64,000 nucleotides of DNA from Oscillospiraceae bacterium. GTDB taxonomy: Bacteria > Bacillota > Clostridia > Oscillospirales > Ruminococcaceae. The stretch spans positions 7,187-71,186 of the forward strand of contig CAAGCE010000241.1 in NCBI GenBank assembly GCA_900768245.1. The letters are read 5' to 3'. Below are positions 16,612 through 25,635 of this stretch, piece by piece (the stretch's first letter is position 1; each line of letters opens with the position of its first letter). Both the position numbers and the translations under genes were made by a program. A model generated the notes under the pieces. It was not told the DNA's origin. It ran no database searches and saw nothing but the letters and a program-made list of their open reading frames with translations.

Positions 16612-16680
16612 GACCGCAGCGGCAAGACGATTTACGATTTAAGCATAATTTAATGCCGCTGCCAAAATAAAAAAATAAAA
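16612..16680 (-). repeat. Palindromic intergenic element copy B2, inverted orientation (minus-strand reads T-tract + GGCAGCGGCATT-28 nt-GCCGCTGCGGTC)
   Basis: Reverse complement of 16612-16680 reproduces the family consensus with a compensatory C>A / G>T pair in the two arms. Confidence 0.55.
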
Positions 16681-16687
16681 AGCTGCC

Positions 16688-16722
16688 GCAGTCTGATGAA
16701 ATGACCGCAGCAGCCGTATTTG
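16688..16722 (-). terminator. Terminator of queF operon (minus strand): imperfect 11-bp stem followed by U-run on minus strand
   Basis: ctgccgcagtc/gaccgcagcag stem; forward A-run 16671-16681 gives U-tract on minus strand. Confidence 0.4.
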
Positions 16723-16725
16723 ATT

Positions 16726-17223
16726 TTATCTGTTATCAACTTTTTCAGGGTACATATCGTGATTTGCCATTCTGTCAAAGGCAATTTTTTCCCAGCAAGT
16801 ACCTTTTCTGCCATAGTTGCAGTATGGGTCGATGGAAATGCCGCCTCTCGGAGTAAATTTGCCCCAGACCTCAATGTATTTCGGATCCATAAGCTTGATA
16901 AGGTCTTTCATAATAATGTTCATACAGTCCTCGTGGAAATCACCGTGATTTCTGAAGCTGTAAAGGTAAAGCTTGAGGGATTTGCTTTCTACCATTCTGA
17001 CGTCGGGAACATATGAAATGTATACTGTTGCAAAGTCAGGCTGTCCCGTGATAGGACAAAGGCTTGTAAATTCAGGACAGTTGAATTTTACAAAATAGTC
17101 GTTATCCTGATGCTTGTTTATAAATGTTTCAAGAACCTCGGGAGCATAGTCATCGGGGTATTTTGTTTTCTGGTTCCCGAGAAGAGTGATGCCGTTAGTT
17201 TCTTCTTTGTTTCTTCCTGTCAT
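16726..17223 (-). CDS. queF: NADPH-dependent 7-cyano-7-deazaguanine (preQ0) reductase QueF (YkvM type)
   Basis: Near-identity by memory to B. subtilis QueF: [45 protein letters not shown]; start ATG at 17223 with gaaagaagg RBS (track ORF extended upstream into queC). Confidence 0.85.
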   Translation of the reverse strand: MTGRNKEETNGITLLGNQKTKYPDDYAPEVLETFINKHQDNDYFVKFNCPEFTSLCPITGQPDFATVYISYVPDVRMVESKSLKLYLYSFRNHGDFHEDCMNIIMKDLIKLMDPKYIEVWGKFTPRGGISIDPYCNYGRKGTCWEKIAFDRMANHDMYPEKVDNR

Positions 17224-17239
17224 AGGTGTGCCTTCTTTC

Positions 17240-17923
17240 TTATTCATATTTAAGCGGGTCGGTTGTGCCGTTTGCTTTAAATGCAGCGATCCTGTCAATG
17301 CAGGTTCCGCATACACCGCATGGTTTATCGTGTCCTTCATAGCAGCTCCATGTGAGCTCATACGGAACTTTAAGTGCAAGACCTGTTTTGACAACTCCTG
17401 CTTTGCTCATACCGACAAAAGGAGCTTCGACCTTTACCTGACGTCCGCTTCCTTCGTATATTGCAGTGTTCATAGCATTTGTGAAAACCTCCGAGCAGTC
17501 GGGGTAAGCGTTTCCTGCCGCATCATCAGCGTGTGCTCCGTAAAGGATAATATCACAATGCTTTGAGATAGCAATGCTTGCCGCAGATGCAAGGAAAAGT
17601 CCGTTTCTGAATGGCACATAAGTGGAAACAGGTGTACCGTCTGTTTTTTTCAGCTGTTCAGCGTAGCTTTCGTGAGGTACTTCCGCATCGGAGTGGCTTA
17701 AAAGTGAGCAGTCCGAATATTGGAACATTGCCGAAAGGTCAAGCTTTATCATTTCAACTCCGTAATAAGCTGCGATTTTGTCTGCCGCTTCAATTTCCTT
17801 TGTGTGCTTCTGACCGTATGAAACGGAAAGTGCAACTACATTATCCTTGCCGTATCTGTCGATAGCCAAAGCAAGGCAGGTAGTGCTGTCAACGCCGCCG
17901 CTGAATAAAACAAGTGCTCTCAT
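17240..17923 (-). CDS. queC: 7-cyano-7-deazaguanine synthase QueC
   Basis: [20 protein letters not shown]-loop N-terminus and C-terminal Zn-binding CGVCGTC cluster; gagaaagga RBS. Confidence 0.9.
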   Translation of the reverse strand: MRALVLFSGGVDSTTCLALAIDRYGKDNVVALSVSYGQKHTKEIEAADKIAAYYGVEMIKLDLSAMFQYSDCSLLSHSDAEVPHESYAEQLKKTDGTPVSTYVPFRNGLFLASAASIAISKHCDIILYGAHADDAAGNAYPDCSEVFTNAMNTAIYEGSGRQVKVEAPFVGMSKAGVVKTGLALKVPYELTWSCYEGHDKPCGVCGTCIDRIAAFKANGTTDPLKYE

Positions 17924-18068
17924 AAATAATATCCTTTCTCTTAACCTGTTTTCACAAGCATATGCACACATCTTTTTGGCAAATTTTGACGCAACCTGCG
18001 GATCTTTGCCTTGTCTGCAACAAAATTATGCTCGAAAACCCGCACACATTTCTTATGAAGACAGGTTC

Positions 18069-18659
18069 TTATTTCATTAGTAAAAATAATTTATTCTGTA
18101 ATGCCGCATCAGTTCCGAAACGTCCTCTCAGAGTCGTTGAAACAGTCTTTGCAGACGGTTTCTTTATACCTCTTGCAGTCATACAGCTGTGGCTTGCTTC
18201 AATAAAAACCGCAACGTCATCAGAGCCTGTTGCGATCTGCATTATCTCGGCAATGTCAGAACCGATACGCTCCTGAAGCTGCAAACGCTTGGCAGCCATA
18301 TCAGCTATTCGTGCGATCTTTGAAAGCCCGAGAACCTTGCCGCACGGAATATAAGCAACCGATACTTTCATATCATACATTAATGCCATATGATGCTCAC
18401 AGTACGAAAATACTTCAATGTCCTTTACAAGAACGATGTCATTTTCCTTGTTTTCGGAAAATCCGTCCTCAAATGACTTGTTGAACATTTGGGCAATTTC
18501 CTCATTTGAATACTTCATTCCTTCAAAAACTTCACCGTACATTTTAGCAACACGTTCAGGTGTTTCTTTAAGTCCCTCTCTGTCAGGGTCATCACCGAGA
18601 GCGATAAGAATACCTCTGATATGTTCTTTTATTGCTTCGTAATCAAATTCCTTTTTCAC
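18069..18659 (-). CDS. folE: GTP cyclohydrolase I FolE
   Basis: [12 protein letters not shown] and CEHHM motifs; 196 aa. Confidence 0.9.
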   Translation of the reverse strand: MKKEFDYEAIKEHIRGILIALGDDPDREGLKETPERVAKMYGEVFEGMKYSNEEIAQMFNKSFEDGFSENKENDIVLVKDIEVFSYCEHHMALMYDMKVSVAYIPCGKVLGLSKIARIADMAAKRLQLQERIGSDIAEIMQIATGSDDVAVFIEASHSCMTARGIKKPSAKTVSTTLRGRFGTDAALQNKLFLLMK

Positions 18660-18671
18660 TTTACGATCTCC

Positions 18672-19340
18672 TTATACCCCACGTTTGTCAGGATCCCATA
18701 TAAACTTGTGCAGCTGAAGCTGCATATTGATGCCGTTCATTTTATTTCTTATCATAAAATCAACGATTTCCGACGGTTCGATCCTGCCGAAAACAGGGCT
18801 GAAATAAACGGGGCATTTTTCCGCAAGCTTATATTTCTCAATTATCTCCTTGGCTTTTTTTAAGTCATCTTCCGAGGATACAACAAATTTAACAGTATCA
18901 CGTCCGTCAATAATATCATAATTTTCGGTAAGCATAAATTTTTCCATACCGCTGCCTGCTGTTTTATAGTCGAGTGTAAATGACGGTCTGTTGGGAATAT
19001 CCGCAAGATCGGCAATGCTTACACTTCCGTTGGTCTCAATTTCAATATGTAAATTTTCATCGGATGCAAGTTCCGCAAGAAGCAGCTTTATTTCAGGCTG
19101 TATAAGAGGCTCACCGCCTGTCAAGGTCACATTCTTTACATCGGTGCTTGAAATGTAGGAATGAATGTCCTTTTCCGTCATAAGCTCATAGGGAGCACTT
19201 TTTTGATTTGCCCACGTTGTATCACAGTATGAGCAGTTCAGATTACAGCCCTGAAAGCGTACAAAGACTGCCAATTGACCTGCAAGTCTGCCTTCGCCGT
19301 TAATGCTTATAAATTTTTCTGCAACTTTATATTCTGCCAT
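18672..19340 (-). CDS. queE: 7-carboxy-7-deazaguanine synthase QueE (radical SAM)
   Basis: CNLNCSYCDT radical-SAM cluster motif near N-terminus; aagaggt RBS before ATG 19340. Confidence 0.85.
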   Translation of the reverse strand: MAEYKVAEKFISINGEGRLAGQLAVFVRFQGCNLNCSYCDTTWANQKSAPYELMTEKDIHSYISSTDVKNVTLTGGEPLIQPEIKLLLAELASDENLHIEIETNGSVSIADLADIPNRPSFTLDYKTAGSGMEKFMLTENYDIIDGRDTVKFVVSSEDDLKKAKEIIEKYKLAEKCPVYFSPVFGRIEPSEIVDFMIRNKMNGINMQLQLHKFIWDPDKRGV

Positions 19341-19356
19341 ATTAAATAACCTCTTA

Positions 19357-19776
19357 TTATTCTGAGTAAGCTGCACAGTTGTTCGGTGTTTCGTAAACAG
19401 TCATCAGCTTTACATCGTATCCCTTGCTTTTCATAATGTCATAAAAGTATTTTGAGAAATTTTCTGCTGTCGGACGGAAATCAACTTCAATAAGATCAAA
19501 GTTTTCCGATTTGAGTGCGGCAACGGTTTCAGGCTTAAGAGTGTTTTTTTCATAAATGAAAGCGTGGTCAAAGCTGTCTGCAAGCTTTTTAAGGTCTGAT
19601 TTCAGGTCACCGAAATCAACTATCATACCTCTGCATTGACCGTCGGAAATAAGCTTTTCACTCATTACCTCAATTTCAAGCTTCCATCTGTGACCGTGGA
19701 GATTTGAGCATTTTCCGTTATATCCCGAAAGAAAATGAGCACTGTCAAATGCAGCTTCTGTTTTTAAAATATACAA
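19357..19776 (-). CDS. queD: 6-carboxy-5,6,7,8-tetrahydropterin synthase QueD
   Basis: C..HGH Zn-binding motif (CSNLHGHRW); TTG start with aggggg RBS. Confidence 0.8.
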   Translation of the reverse strand: MYILKTEAAFDSAHFLSGYNGKCSNLHGHRWKLEIEVMSEKLISDGQCRGMIVDFGDLKSDLKKLADSFDHAFIYEKNTLKPETVAALKSENFDLIEVDFRPTAENFSKYFYDIMKSKGYDVKLMTVYETPNNCAAYSE

Positions 19777-19790
19777 ATGAATATTCCCCC

Positions 19791-19900
19791 TAAAAAATAA
19801 AAGCGGGCATGGCTGACACCATACCCGAATTTCTTTGAAAAATCAAGTTAAATGATGTCCTGGTTTTGTTTATAGACAGGATGGCACAAACGAACTGTCT
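19791..19900 (-). promoter_or_regulatory. preQ1-I-like riboswitch aptamer (19859-19900) plus intrinsic terminator expression platform (19791-19828) in queD leader
   Basis: Minus-strand RNA AGACAG-UUCGUUUGUGCCAUC-CUGUCU-AUAAACAAAACCAGG (6-bp P1, loop starting UUC, A-rich tail ending AGG); downstream 9-bp hairpin cggguauggu/gccaugcccg + UUUUAUUUUUU; the aptamer-proximal GACAUCAU can pair with the terminator 5' arm AUGGUGUC (antiterminator). Confidence 0.55.
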
Positions 19901-19919
19901 TTATTGCATTAATATTATC

Positions 19920-19948
19920 AGTATAAAATATTTTTTTGCGTATGTCAA
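19920..19948 (-). promoter_or_regulatory. Sigma-A promoter TTGACA-17-TATACT for que operon (minus strand)
   Basis: Reverse complement of 19920-19948; -35 at 19943-19948, -10 at 19920-19925. Confidence 0.55.
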
Positions 19949-20027
19949 CAGTTTAAACAACATTTTTGCATTGCATATAAATAACTTTCTGAAAAATTAA
20001 TTAATTTTGAATTAATACATCAATATA

Positions 20028-20056
20028 TTGCAATTCTTTATAAATTGTAGTATACT
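20028..20056 (+). promoter_or_regulatory. Divergent promoter TTGCAA-17-TATACT for SGNH hydrolase gene
   Basis: Hexamers at 20028-20033 and 20051-20056. Confidence 0.45.
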
Positions 20057-20135
20057 GTATGTAAAGTATTTGTAAACATTGTATATAACATTTTTTTCTT
20101 GTTATATTACATTTTGACATATATGGAGGAAAAGT

Positions 20136-20903
20136 ATGCAGGTCCATCAGGAAAAGAAAAAAGCAAAATTCAGAGTGTCATTTATATTCTTATTTATAAT
20201 TGCCAGCTTTGCTGCCTGCTTTGCATTTTATATGAAAGGCGATTTTGACGCATCTCAGGCTGTTCAGGCAGGTATGAGCACTGATAATTCCATTTTATCG
20301 CTGCTTGATTTCGGTAAAAATCAGACTGCTATTGTAAATCCCGTGCAGCAGAGTGAAAAGGCAGACGCAAGCTATTTGAAGGATATTGTATTTATTTCCA
20401 ATACACAAATGAGCGGTATGGCAGATTACGGTATGATACAGCGCAGCAAAATGTATCTTAATGATAATTTGTCAATAAGCAATTTAAATTATGACGAGCT
20501 TGCACTTGATGAATTTACTGCCGAAAGCAAGGATATTTACCTAATGCTGGGAATGAACGACCTTGATACAGAGGATACGGAAAGCTTATTTAAAGAGCTT
20601 GGAAAGTTCATTGATAAAGTAAATGCCGATGGCAGCAAAACGGTTTATCTTGTTTCGCTTCTTCCCGTGACAGGGAAATATGAAACCGAAAATATCACAA
20701 ATGCAAAAATCGATGCATTCAATTCGGAATTGCTAAAGTATGCAAATGAAAAAAATGTATACTATCTTGATATTAACACTATGTTTGTGGGCAACGACGG
20801 AAAAATGCCTGAGAGCAAGGCTGAAAATGACGGCTACCGACTGAAAAAAACATCATATGAGGAGATAGGGGAATATATCCTGACTCATATTGCCGCTGTC
20901 TGA
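20136..20903 (+). CDS. Membrane-anchored SGNH/GDSL-like hydrolase family protein
   Basis: N-terminal TM anchor; GMNDL block-III-like motif and overall SGNH-like layout; weak assignment. Confidence 0.4.
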   Translation: MQVHQEKKKAKFRVSFIFLFIIASFAACFAFYMKGDFDASQAVQAGMSTDNSILSLLDFGKNQTAIVNPVQQSEKADASYLKDIVFISNTQMSGMADYGMIQRSKMYLNDNLSISNLNYDELALDEFTAESKDIYLMLGMNDLDTEDTESLFKELGKFIDKVNADGSKTVYLVSLLPVTGKYETENITNAKIDAFNSELLKYANEKNVYYLDINTMFVGNDGKMPESKAENDGYRLKKTSYEEIGEYILTHIAAV

Positions 20904-20918
20904 TAAGGGGTTGAAAAT

Positions 20919-21275
20919 ATGCTTGTTGAGTGTATGGTTATCGTTGGCATAATATGCGCAGTTATTATAATGTCATACGTGAACGGCAAAAAAGATGCCG
21001 CAATTGAAATGCTGCCGCTTATATATGTGCCGTGTATGTATGTTATCGCAAATTATATTTCGATCCCGCTTGAACATATTCTGCCGATGAACAGGTTTGC
21101 GGTCTTTACGGGACTTGTTATAGTTTCGGCTGTGATAGCAGCATTGTTTATAGGCTTTTTTGCCAATAGGTTCAAAAGGAAATCGACAAAAGCTGTTTAC
21201 AGTATAATGAGCATAACTTTTGTTTTTGTGCTTACGGGTATTCTTGTTTATAATTTATTTGATTTGTTTTATTGA
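20919..21275 (+). CDS. Small integral membrane protein (3-4 TM), hypothetical
   Basis: 118 aa, hydrophobic throughout; tightly follows SGNH gene. Confidence 0.4.
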   Translation: MLVECMVIVGIICAVIIMSYVNGKKDAAIEMLPLIYVPCMYVIANYISIPLEHILPMNRFAVFTGLVIVSAVIAALFIGFFANRFKRKSTKAVYSIMSITFVFVLTGILVYNLFDLFY

Positions 21276-21387
21276 TTTTAATTCTGATGCAATATTAAGA
21301 AAAAATTTTTATTCAGCACTTTACATAATGATTAAAATGTAGTAAAATAAAAAATACATATGATTGCTGAAATAAAGGAGTATTGTT

Positions 21388-22107
21388 ATGGCTGATGAAC
21401 CAAAGTATAAAAGAGTTCTGCTTAAATTGAGCGGTGAGGCTCTTGCGGGAGAGAAAAAAATAGGGCTTGATTATTCAACTATTACACCGATTTGCGAGAG
21501 CATAAAAAAATGTGCCGATGCAGGTGTTCAGATAGGTATCGTTGTGGGCGGCGGCAATTTCTGGCGTGGACGTTCAAGCGGTGCTATGGACAGAACAAGA
21601 GCCGATCATATAGGTATGCTTGCAACAACAATGAATGCACTTGCTGTTGCTGATGTTCTGGAATCACTTGGAGTAGATGTCCGTGTTCAGACAGCTATTG
21701 CTATGCATCAGGTCGCTGAACCTTACATCAGAAATAAGGCTGTACGTCATCTTGAAAAGGGAAGAGTAGTTATATTCGGCTGCGGTACAGGCAACCCATT
21801 CTTCTCAACAGATACCGCTTCAACTCTTCGTGCCGCTGAAATTGAGGCTGATATTGTCCTTAAGGCAACAATGGTTGACGGTGTATATGACAAAGATCCG
21901 AATAAGTATGATGATGCAGTTAAATTCGATGAACTCAGCTTTAATGATATTCTTGTAAAAAATCTTGCGGTTATGGACAGCACAGCTGCTTCAATGTGCA
22001 AGGACAATAACATTCCGATAATCGTATTTGATCTCAGCAGACCTGAGAATATCTATGATGCCTGCATGGGCAAAAAGGTCGGAACTATCGTTATTGACAG
22101 AAAGTAA
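21388..22107 (+). CDS. pyrH: UMP kinase
   Basis: [23 protein letters not shown] motifs. Confidence 0.9.
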   Translation: MADEPKYKRVLLKLSGEALAGEKKIGLDYSTITPICESIKKCADAGVQIGIVVGGGNFWRGRSSGAMDRTRADHIGMLATTMNALAVADVLESLGVDVRVQTAIAMHQVAEPYIRNKAVRHLEKGRVVIFGCGTGNPFFSTDTASTLRAAEIEADIVLKATMVDGVYDKDPNKYDDAVKFDELSFNDILVKNLAVMDSTAASMCKDNNIPIIVFDLSRPENIYDACMGKKVGTIVIDRK

Positions 22108-22190
22108 TTATTTTTCGGAGTGCTTGCGGCAGAAGCATTGCCGACATAAATTTAAAATAACATTTTTTATGCCGGGAAAAGGAGTATATT

Positions 22191-22745
22191 ATGAACGAAC
22201 AGGTTAAAACAGCACAGGAAAAAATGGAGAAATGCTTAGGCAGCCTTGAACACGAACTTACAACAGTAAGAGCAGGAAGAGCTAACCCCGGTGTACTTGA
22301 TAAGGTACTCGTTGATTATTACGGAACACCTACACCTGTTCAGCAGATGGCTGCTGTTTCAGTTGTTGAAGCAAGAAATCTCGTTATTCAGCCTTGGGAT
22401 ATTTCACAGCTCAAAGCTATTGAAAAGGCTATCCAGACTTCCGACATTGGCATCACACCTACAAATGACGGTAAAGTTTTAAGACTTGCTTTCCCTCAGC
22501 CAACTGAGGAACGCCGTAAGGAACTTGTTAAGCAGGTTCGCAAGTATGGTGAAGAAGCTAAGGTCACTATCAGAAACATCAGACGTGATGCACTTGAAAA
22601 GTTCAAATCAATGAAAAAGAACAGCGAGCTTACAGAAGATGATATGAAGAATCTTGAAAAGGATGTTCAGAAGCTTACAGATAAGTTCTGTGATGATATT
22701 GATGCTACAATTTCCGATAAAGAAAAGGAAATTATGGCTATATAA
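22191..22745 (+). CDS. frr: Ribosome recycling factor
   Basis: 184 aa; LDKVLVDYYGTPTP, typical Frr. Confidence 0.9.
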   Translation: MNEQVKTAQEKMEKCLGSLEHELTTVRAGRANPGVLDKVLVDYYGTPTPVQQMAAVSVVEARNLVIQPWDISQLKAIEKAIQTSDIGITPTNDGKVLRLAFPQPTEERRKELVKQVRKYGEEAKVTIRNIRRDALEKFKSMKKNSELTEDDMKNLEKDVQKLTDKFCDDIDATISDKEKEIMAI

Positions 22746-23465
22746 ATGAGTATGCTTGGTTTGGACAAAAGCAAACTGCCCGTTCATATAGGATTCATTA
22801 TGGACGGCAACGGCAGATGGGCGCAAAAGCGTGGTCTGCCCCGTACCTTTGGGCATAGAGAAGGTGCTCAGGCGTTCCGAAAAATTGCAAGGTACTGCAA
22901 AAAGATAGGAATAAAGTACATTACGTTTTACGCTTTCTCAACGGAAAACTGGTCACGTCCCAAAGAAGAAGTCGATGCAATTATGGCACTGTTCAGCCAG
23001 TATCTTGAAGAGGCTGATAACTTTGCCGAGGATAAAACAAGACTTATATTCCTTGGAGATAAAGCTCCGTTCAGTCCCAAGATGAGAGAGCGTATGATCG
23101 AGCTTGAAACGGCTTCGGAAAATTTTGATGAAATGACACTTGCCCTCGCAATTAATTACGGCGGACGTGATGATATTGTTCATTCTGTAAAGAGAATTGC
23201 TGAGCTTGTCGAGAGCGGAGATATTAGATCGTCCGATATTGATGAAAGTCTGGTAGGAAGTTTGCTTTACACAGGAACAATGCCGGATGCGGACCTTATA
23301 ATACGACCAAGCGGAGAAAAGCGTTTGTCAAATTTTCTTATATGGCAGTCGGCTTATGCGGAATTTTACTTTACCGATGTTCTGTGGCCTGATTTTACAC
23401 CTGCTGAGCTTGATAAGGCTTTGAAGGATTTTGCACAGAGAAACAGACGGTTCGGCGGAGTATAA
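22746..23465 (+). CDS. uppS: Isoprenyl transferase / undecaprenyl-diphosphate synthase
   Basis: HIGFIMDGNGRWA and FSTENW motifs. Confidence 0.9.
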   Translation: MSMLGLDKSKLPVHIGFIMDGNGRWAQKRGLPRTFGHREGAQAFRKIARYCKKIGIKYITFYAFSTENWSRPKEEVDAIMALFSQYLEEADNFAEDKTRLIFLGDKAPFSPKMRERMIELETASENFDEMTLALAINYGGRDDIVHSVKRIAELVESGDIRSSDIDESLVGSLLYTGTMPDADLIIRPSGEKRLSNFLIWQSAYAEFYFTDVLWPDFTPAELDKALKDFAQRNRRFGGV

Positions 23466-23526
23466 TTCTTTGAAATGGAAGAATACTAAATAAAAATTCC
23501 TCATTATATGGGAGAAAAAATACTGT

Positions 23527-24357
23527 ATGCTTACACGAATTATTACAGCGATAGTTGGTATATCGATCGGAATAGGTGTATTGTTTCTTGCGGATACAAT
23601 TGTTTTTGACATTGTAATTGCCGTATTGGCTGTTCTGATAGTATACGAGCTTCTTTCCAATTGTAAATGTCTTGAATTTAAGGTGCATAGTGCCGTGTGC
23701 TTTGCTTTTGCCGCTGCATTACCGTTTCTTATACAGTACTTTACGATGGATATAGTCTATATATTTGCAACATTGTGTATTTTCATAATGATGGCTGCAT
23801 TTATAGCATCGCATAAAAAAATGGAATTTGATAAGGTCTGCTTTATGCTTACAACAACTCTTCTTTCATCAATGGCAATGTGCTGTATGATAAAGATGAA
23901 GAATATGAGTGATATTCATGGCGTATGCTATGTTGTAATATGCTTGGCATCTGCATGGCTCAGTGATGGTGCTGCTTATTTTGTCGGAACATTTTTCGGC
24001 AAGCATAAGCTTTGCCCTGAGATCTCACCTAAGAAAACAGTCGAGGGTGCTGTTGGCGGAGTTGTAGGCGGAACAGTGATTCTTCTGATATATATTTTCG
24101 TTTATCAGAAAGTACAGGCATCAAGAGGATATGATTTCAGCGTGAATTATCTTGTGGCAGTAATTATTGGTTTGTTCAGCGGATTGCTCAGCATTGTTGG
24201 TGACCTTACTGCTTCATTGATAAAAAGGCAGCATAATATAAAGGATTTCGGCAAGATCATGCCGGGACACGGCGGTGTGCTTGATAGATTTGACAGTGTG
24301 CTGTTTGTTGCTCCGTTCCTTGCGCTGCTTCTTAATTATGTAAATTTGTTTAATTGA
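23527..24357 (+). CDS. cdsA: Phosphatidate cytidylyltransferase
   Basis: Multi-TM with C-terminal PGHGGVLDRFDS signature. Confidence 0.85.
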   Translation: MLTRIITAIVGISIGIGVLFLADTIVFDIVIAVLAVLIVYELLSNCKCLEFKVHSAVCFAFAAALPFLIQYFTMDIVYIFATLCIFIMMAAFIASHKKMEFDKVCFMLTTTLLSSMAMCCMIKMKNMSDIHGVCYVVICLASAWLSDGAAYFVGTFFGKHKLCPEISPKKTVEGAVGGVVGGTVILLIYIFVYQKVQASRGYDFSVNYLVAVIIGLFSGLLSIVGDLTASLIKRQHNIKDFGKIMPGHGGVLDRFDSVLFVAPFLALLLNYVNLFN

Positions 24358-24491
24358 TATTTATTCGGGGCGTGCATAAAAGCGATCTTTTGTGTGCGCC
24401 CTCAAAGTTTGGATAGATAATTGTAATGAGCAATACCTTTACACAATAGCGGATAGGAGGATATGTTCTTTTATACAGAACATTTCATATT

Positions 24492-25631
24492 ATGAAGACA
24501 ATTTCACTTATAGGTTCAACAGGTTCTATCGGTACACAGACATTAGAGGTCTGCAAAAAGCATAATATAAGAGTAAAGGCTTTGGCTGCCAAAAGAAATG
24601 TCACATTGCTTGCCGAACAGGCACATAAATTCAATGTGGAATATGTATGTGTATTTGATGAGGAAAAATACGATGAACTGAAAAGATTTATGAGTGATAC
24701 CGATGCGGAAGTGCTTTGCGGAATGGACGGACTATGTAAAGCTGCACAGCTTGACGGTATAGATCTGTTCGTTAATTCTGTTGTTGGTATGGTCGGGCTG
24801 CTCCCTACATTAAAAGCTATTGAGGCGGGCATTGATGTTGCCCTTGCAAATAAGGAAACGCTTGTTGCGGGCGGTGAGCTTGTAATGAGATCTGCTGCCG
24901 AAAAAAAGGTTAAGATATATCCTATTGACAGCGAACATTCAGCGATCTTTCAATGCCTGCAGGGAAACGACCCGAAACAGCTTCATAAAATTATTCTTAC
25001 TGCATCAGGCGGACCGTTCTTTGGAAAAACTAAAGATGAACTGAAAAATGTCACAGTTGAACAGGCTTTGAATCACCCCAATTGGAGCATGGGCAGCAAA
25101 ATAACAATTGATTCCGCAACACTTATGAATAAGGGACTTGAATTTATAGAGGCAAAGTGGCTTTTTGATGTTAAGCCTGAAAATATTGAAATTGTCGTGA
25201 ACCGTGAAAGCGTACTTCATTCGGCGGTAGAGTTTGACGATTATTCTGTTATAGGTCAGCTTGGAACGCCTGATATGAAGATACCTATCCAGTATGCAAT
25301 TTTGTATCCGCAGCGTGTTGAATGTGATGTAAAGCCATTATCCTTAACAGATTACGGAACATTGTCATTCTATAAGCCTGATTATGATACCTTTGAGTGT
25401 CTTGCGTCATGTATTAAGGCAATAAAAAAGGGTGGAGCGTATCCGTGCATTGCCAACAGTGTAAATGAAGAAGCGGTTGCACTTTTCTTGAACAGAAAGA
25501 TACCGTTCCTGAAAATCGGTGAGCTTGTAAGTGAAGCTGTTGAAAAGTTTGAGCCTATGAGTGTTAATTCCTATGAAGATATTGTAAAGGCTGATAAGGC
25601 TGCAAGAGAATTTGTTCTTGGGAGAGTATAG
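24492..25631 (+). CDS. dxr: 1-deoxy-D-xylulose 5-phosphate reductoisomerase
   Basis: ISLIGSTGSIGTQTL NADPH-binding N-terminus; 379 aa. Confidence 0.9.
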   Translation: MKTISLIGSTGSIGTQTLEVCKKHNIRVKALAAKRNVTLLAEQAHKFNVEYVCVFDEEKYDELKRFMSDTDAEVLCGMDGLCKAAQLDGIDLFVNSVVGMVGLLPTLKAIEAGIDVALANKETLVAGGELVMRSAAEKKVKIYPIDSEHSAIFQCLQGNDPKQLHKIILTASGGPFFGKTKDELKNVTVEQALNHPNWSMGSKITIDSATLMNKGLEFIEAKWLFDVKPENIEIVVNRESVLHSAVEFDDYSVIGQLGTPDMKIPIQYAILYPQRVECDVKPLSLTDYGTLSFYKPDYDTFECLASCIKAIKKGGAYPCIANSVNEEAVALFLNRKIPFLKIGELVSEAVEKFEPMSVNSYEDIVKADKAAREFVLGRV

Positions 25632-25635
25632 TTGA

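Noticed and set aside
16505-16680. Interpreting the GC-rich elements simply as extra Rho-independent terminators
   Set aside because: In each element's own orientation the T/U-tract lies 5' of the hairpin and the 3' side is not U-rich; genuine terminators for the flanking genes are separately present (16469-16510 and 16688-16722).
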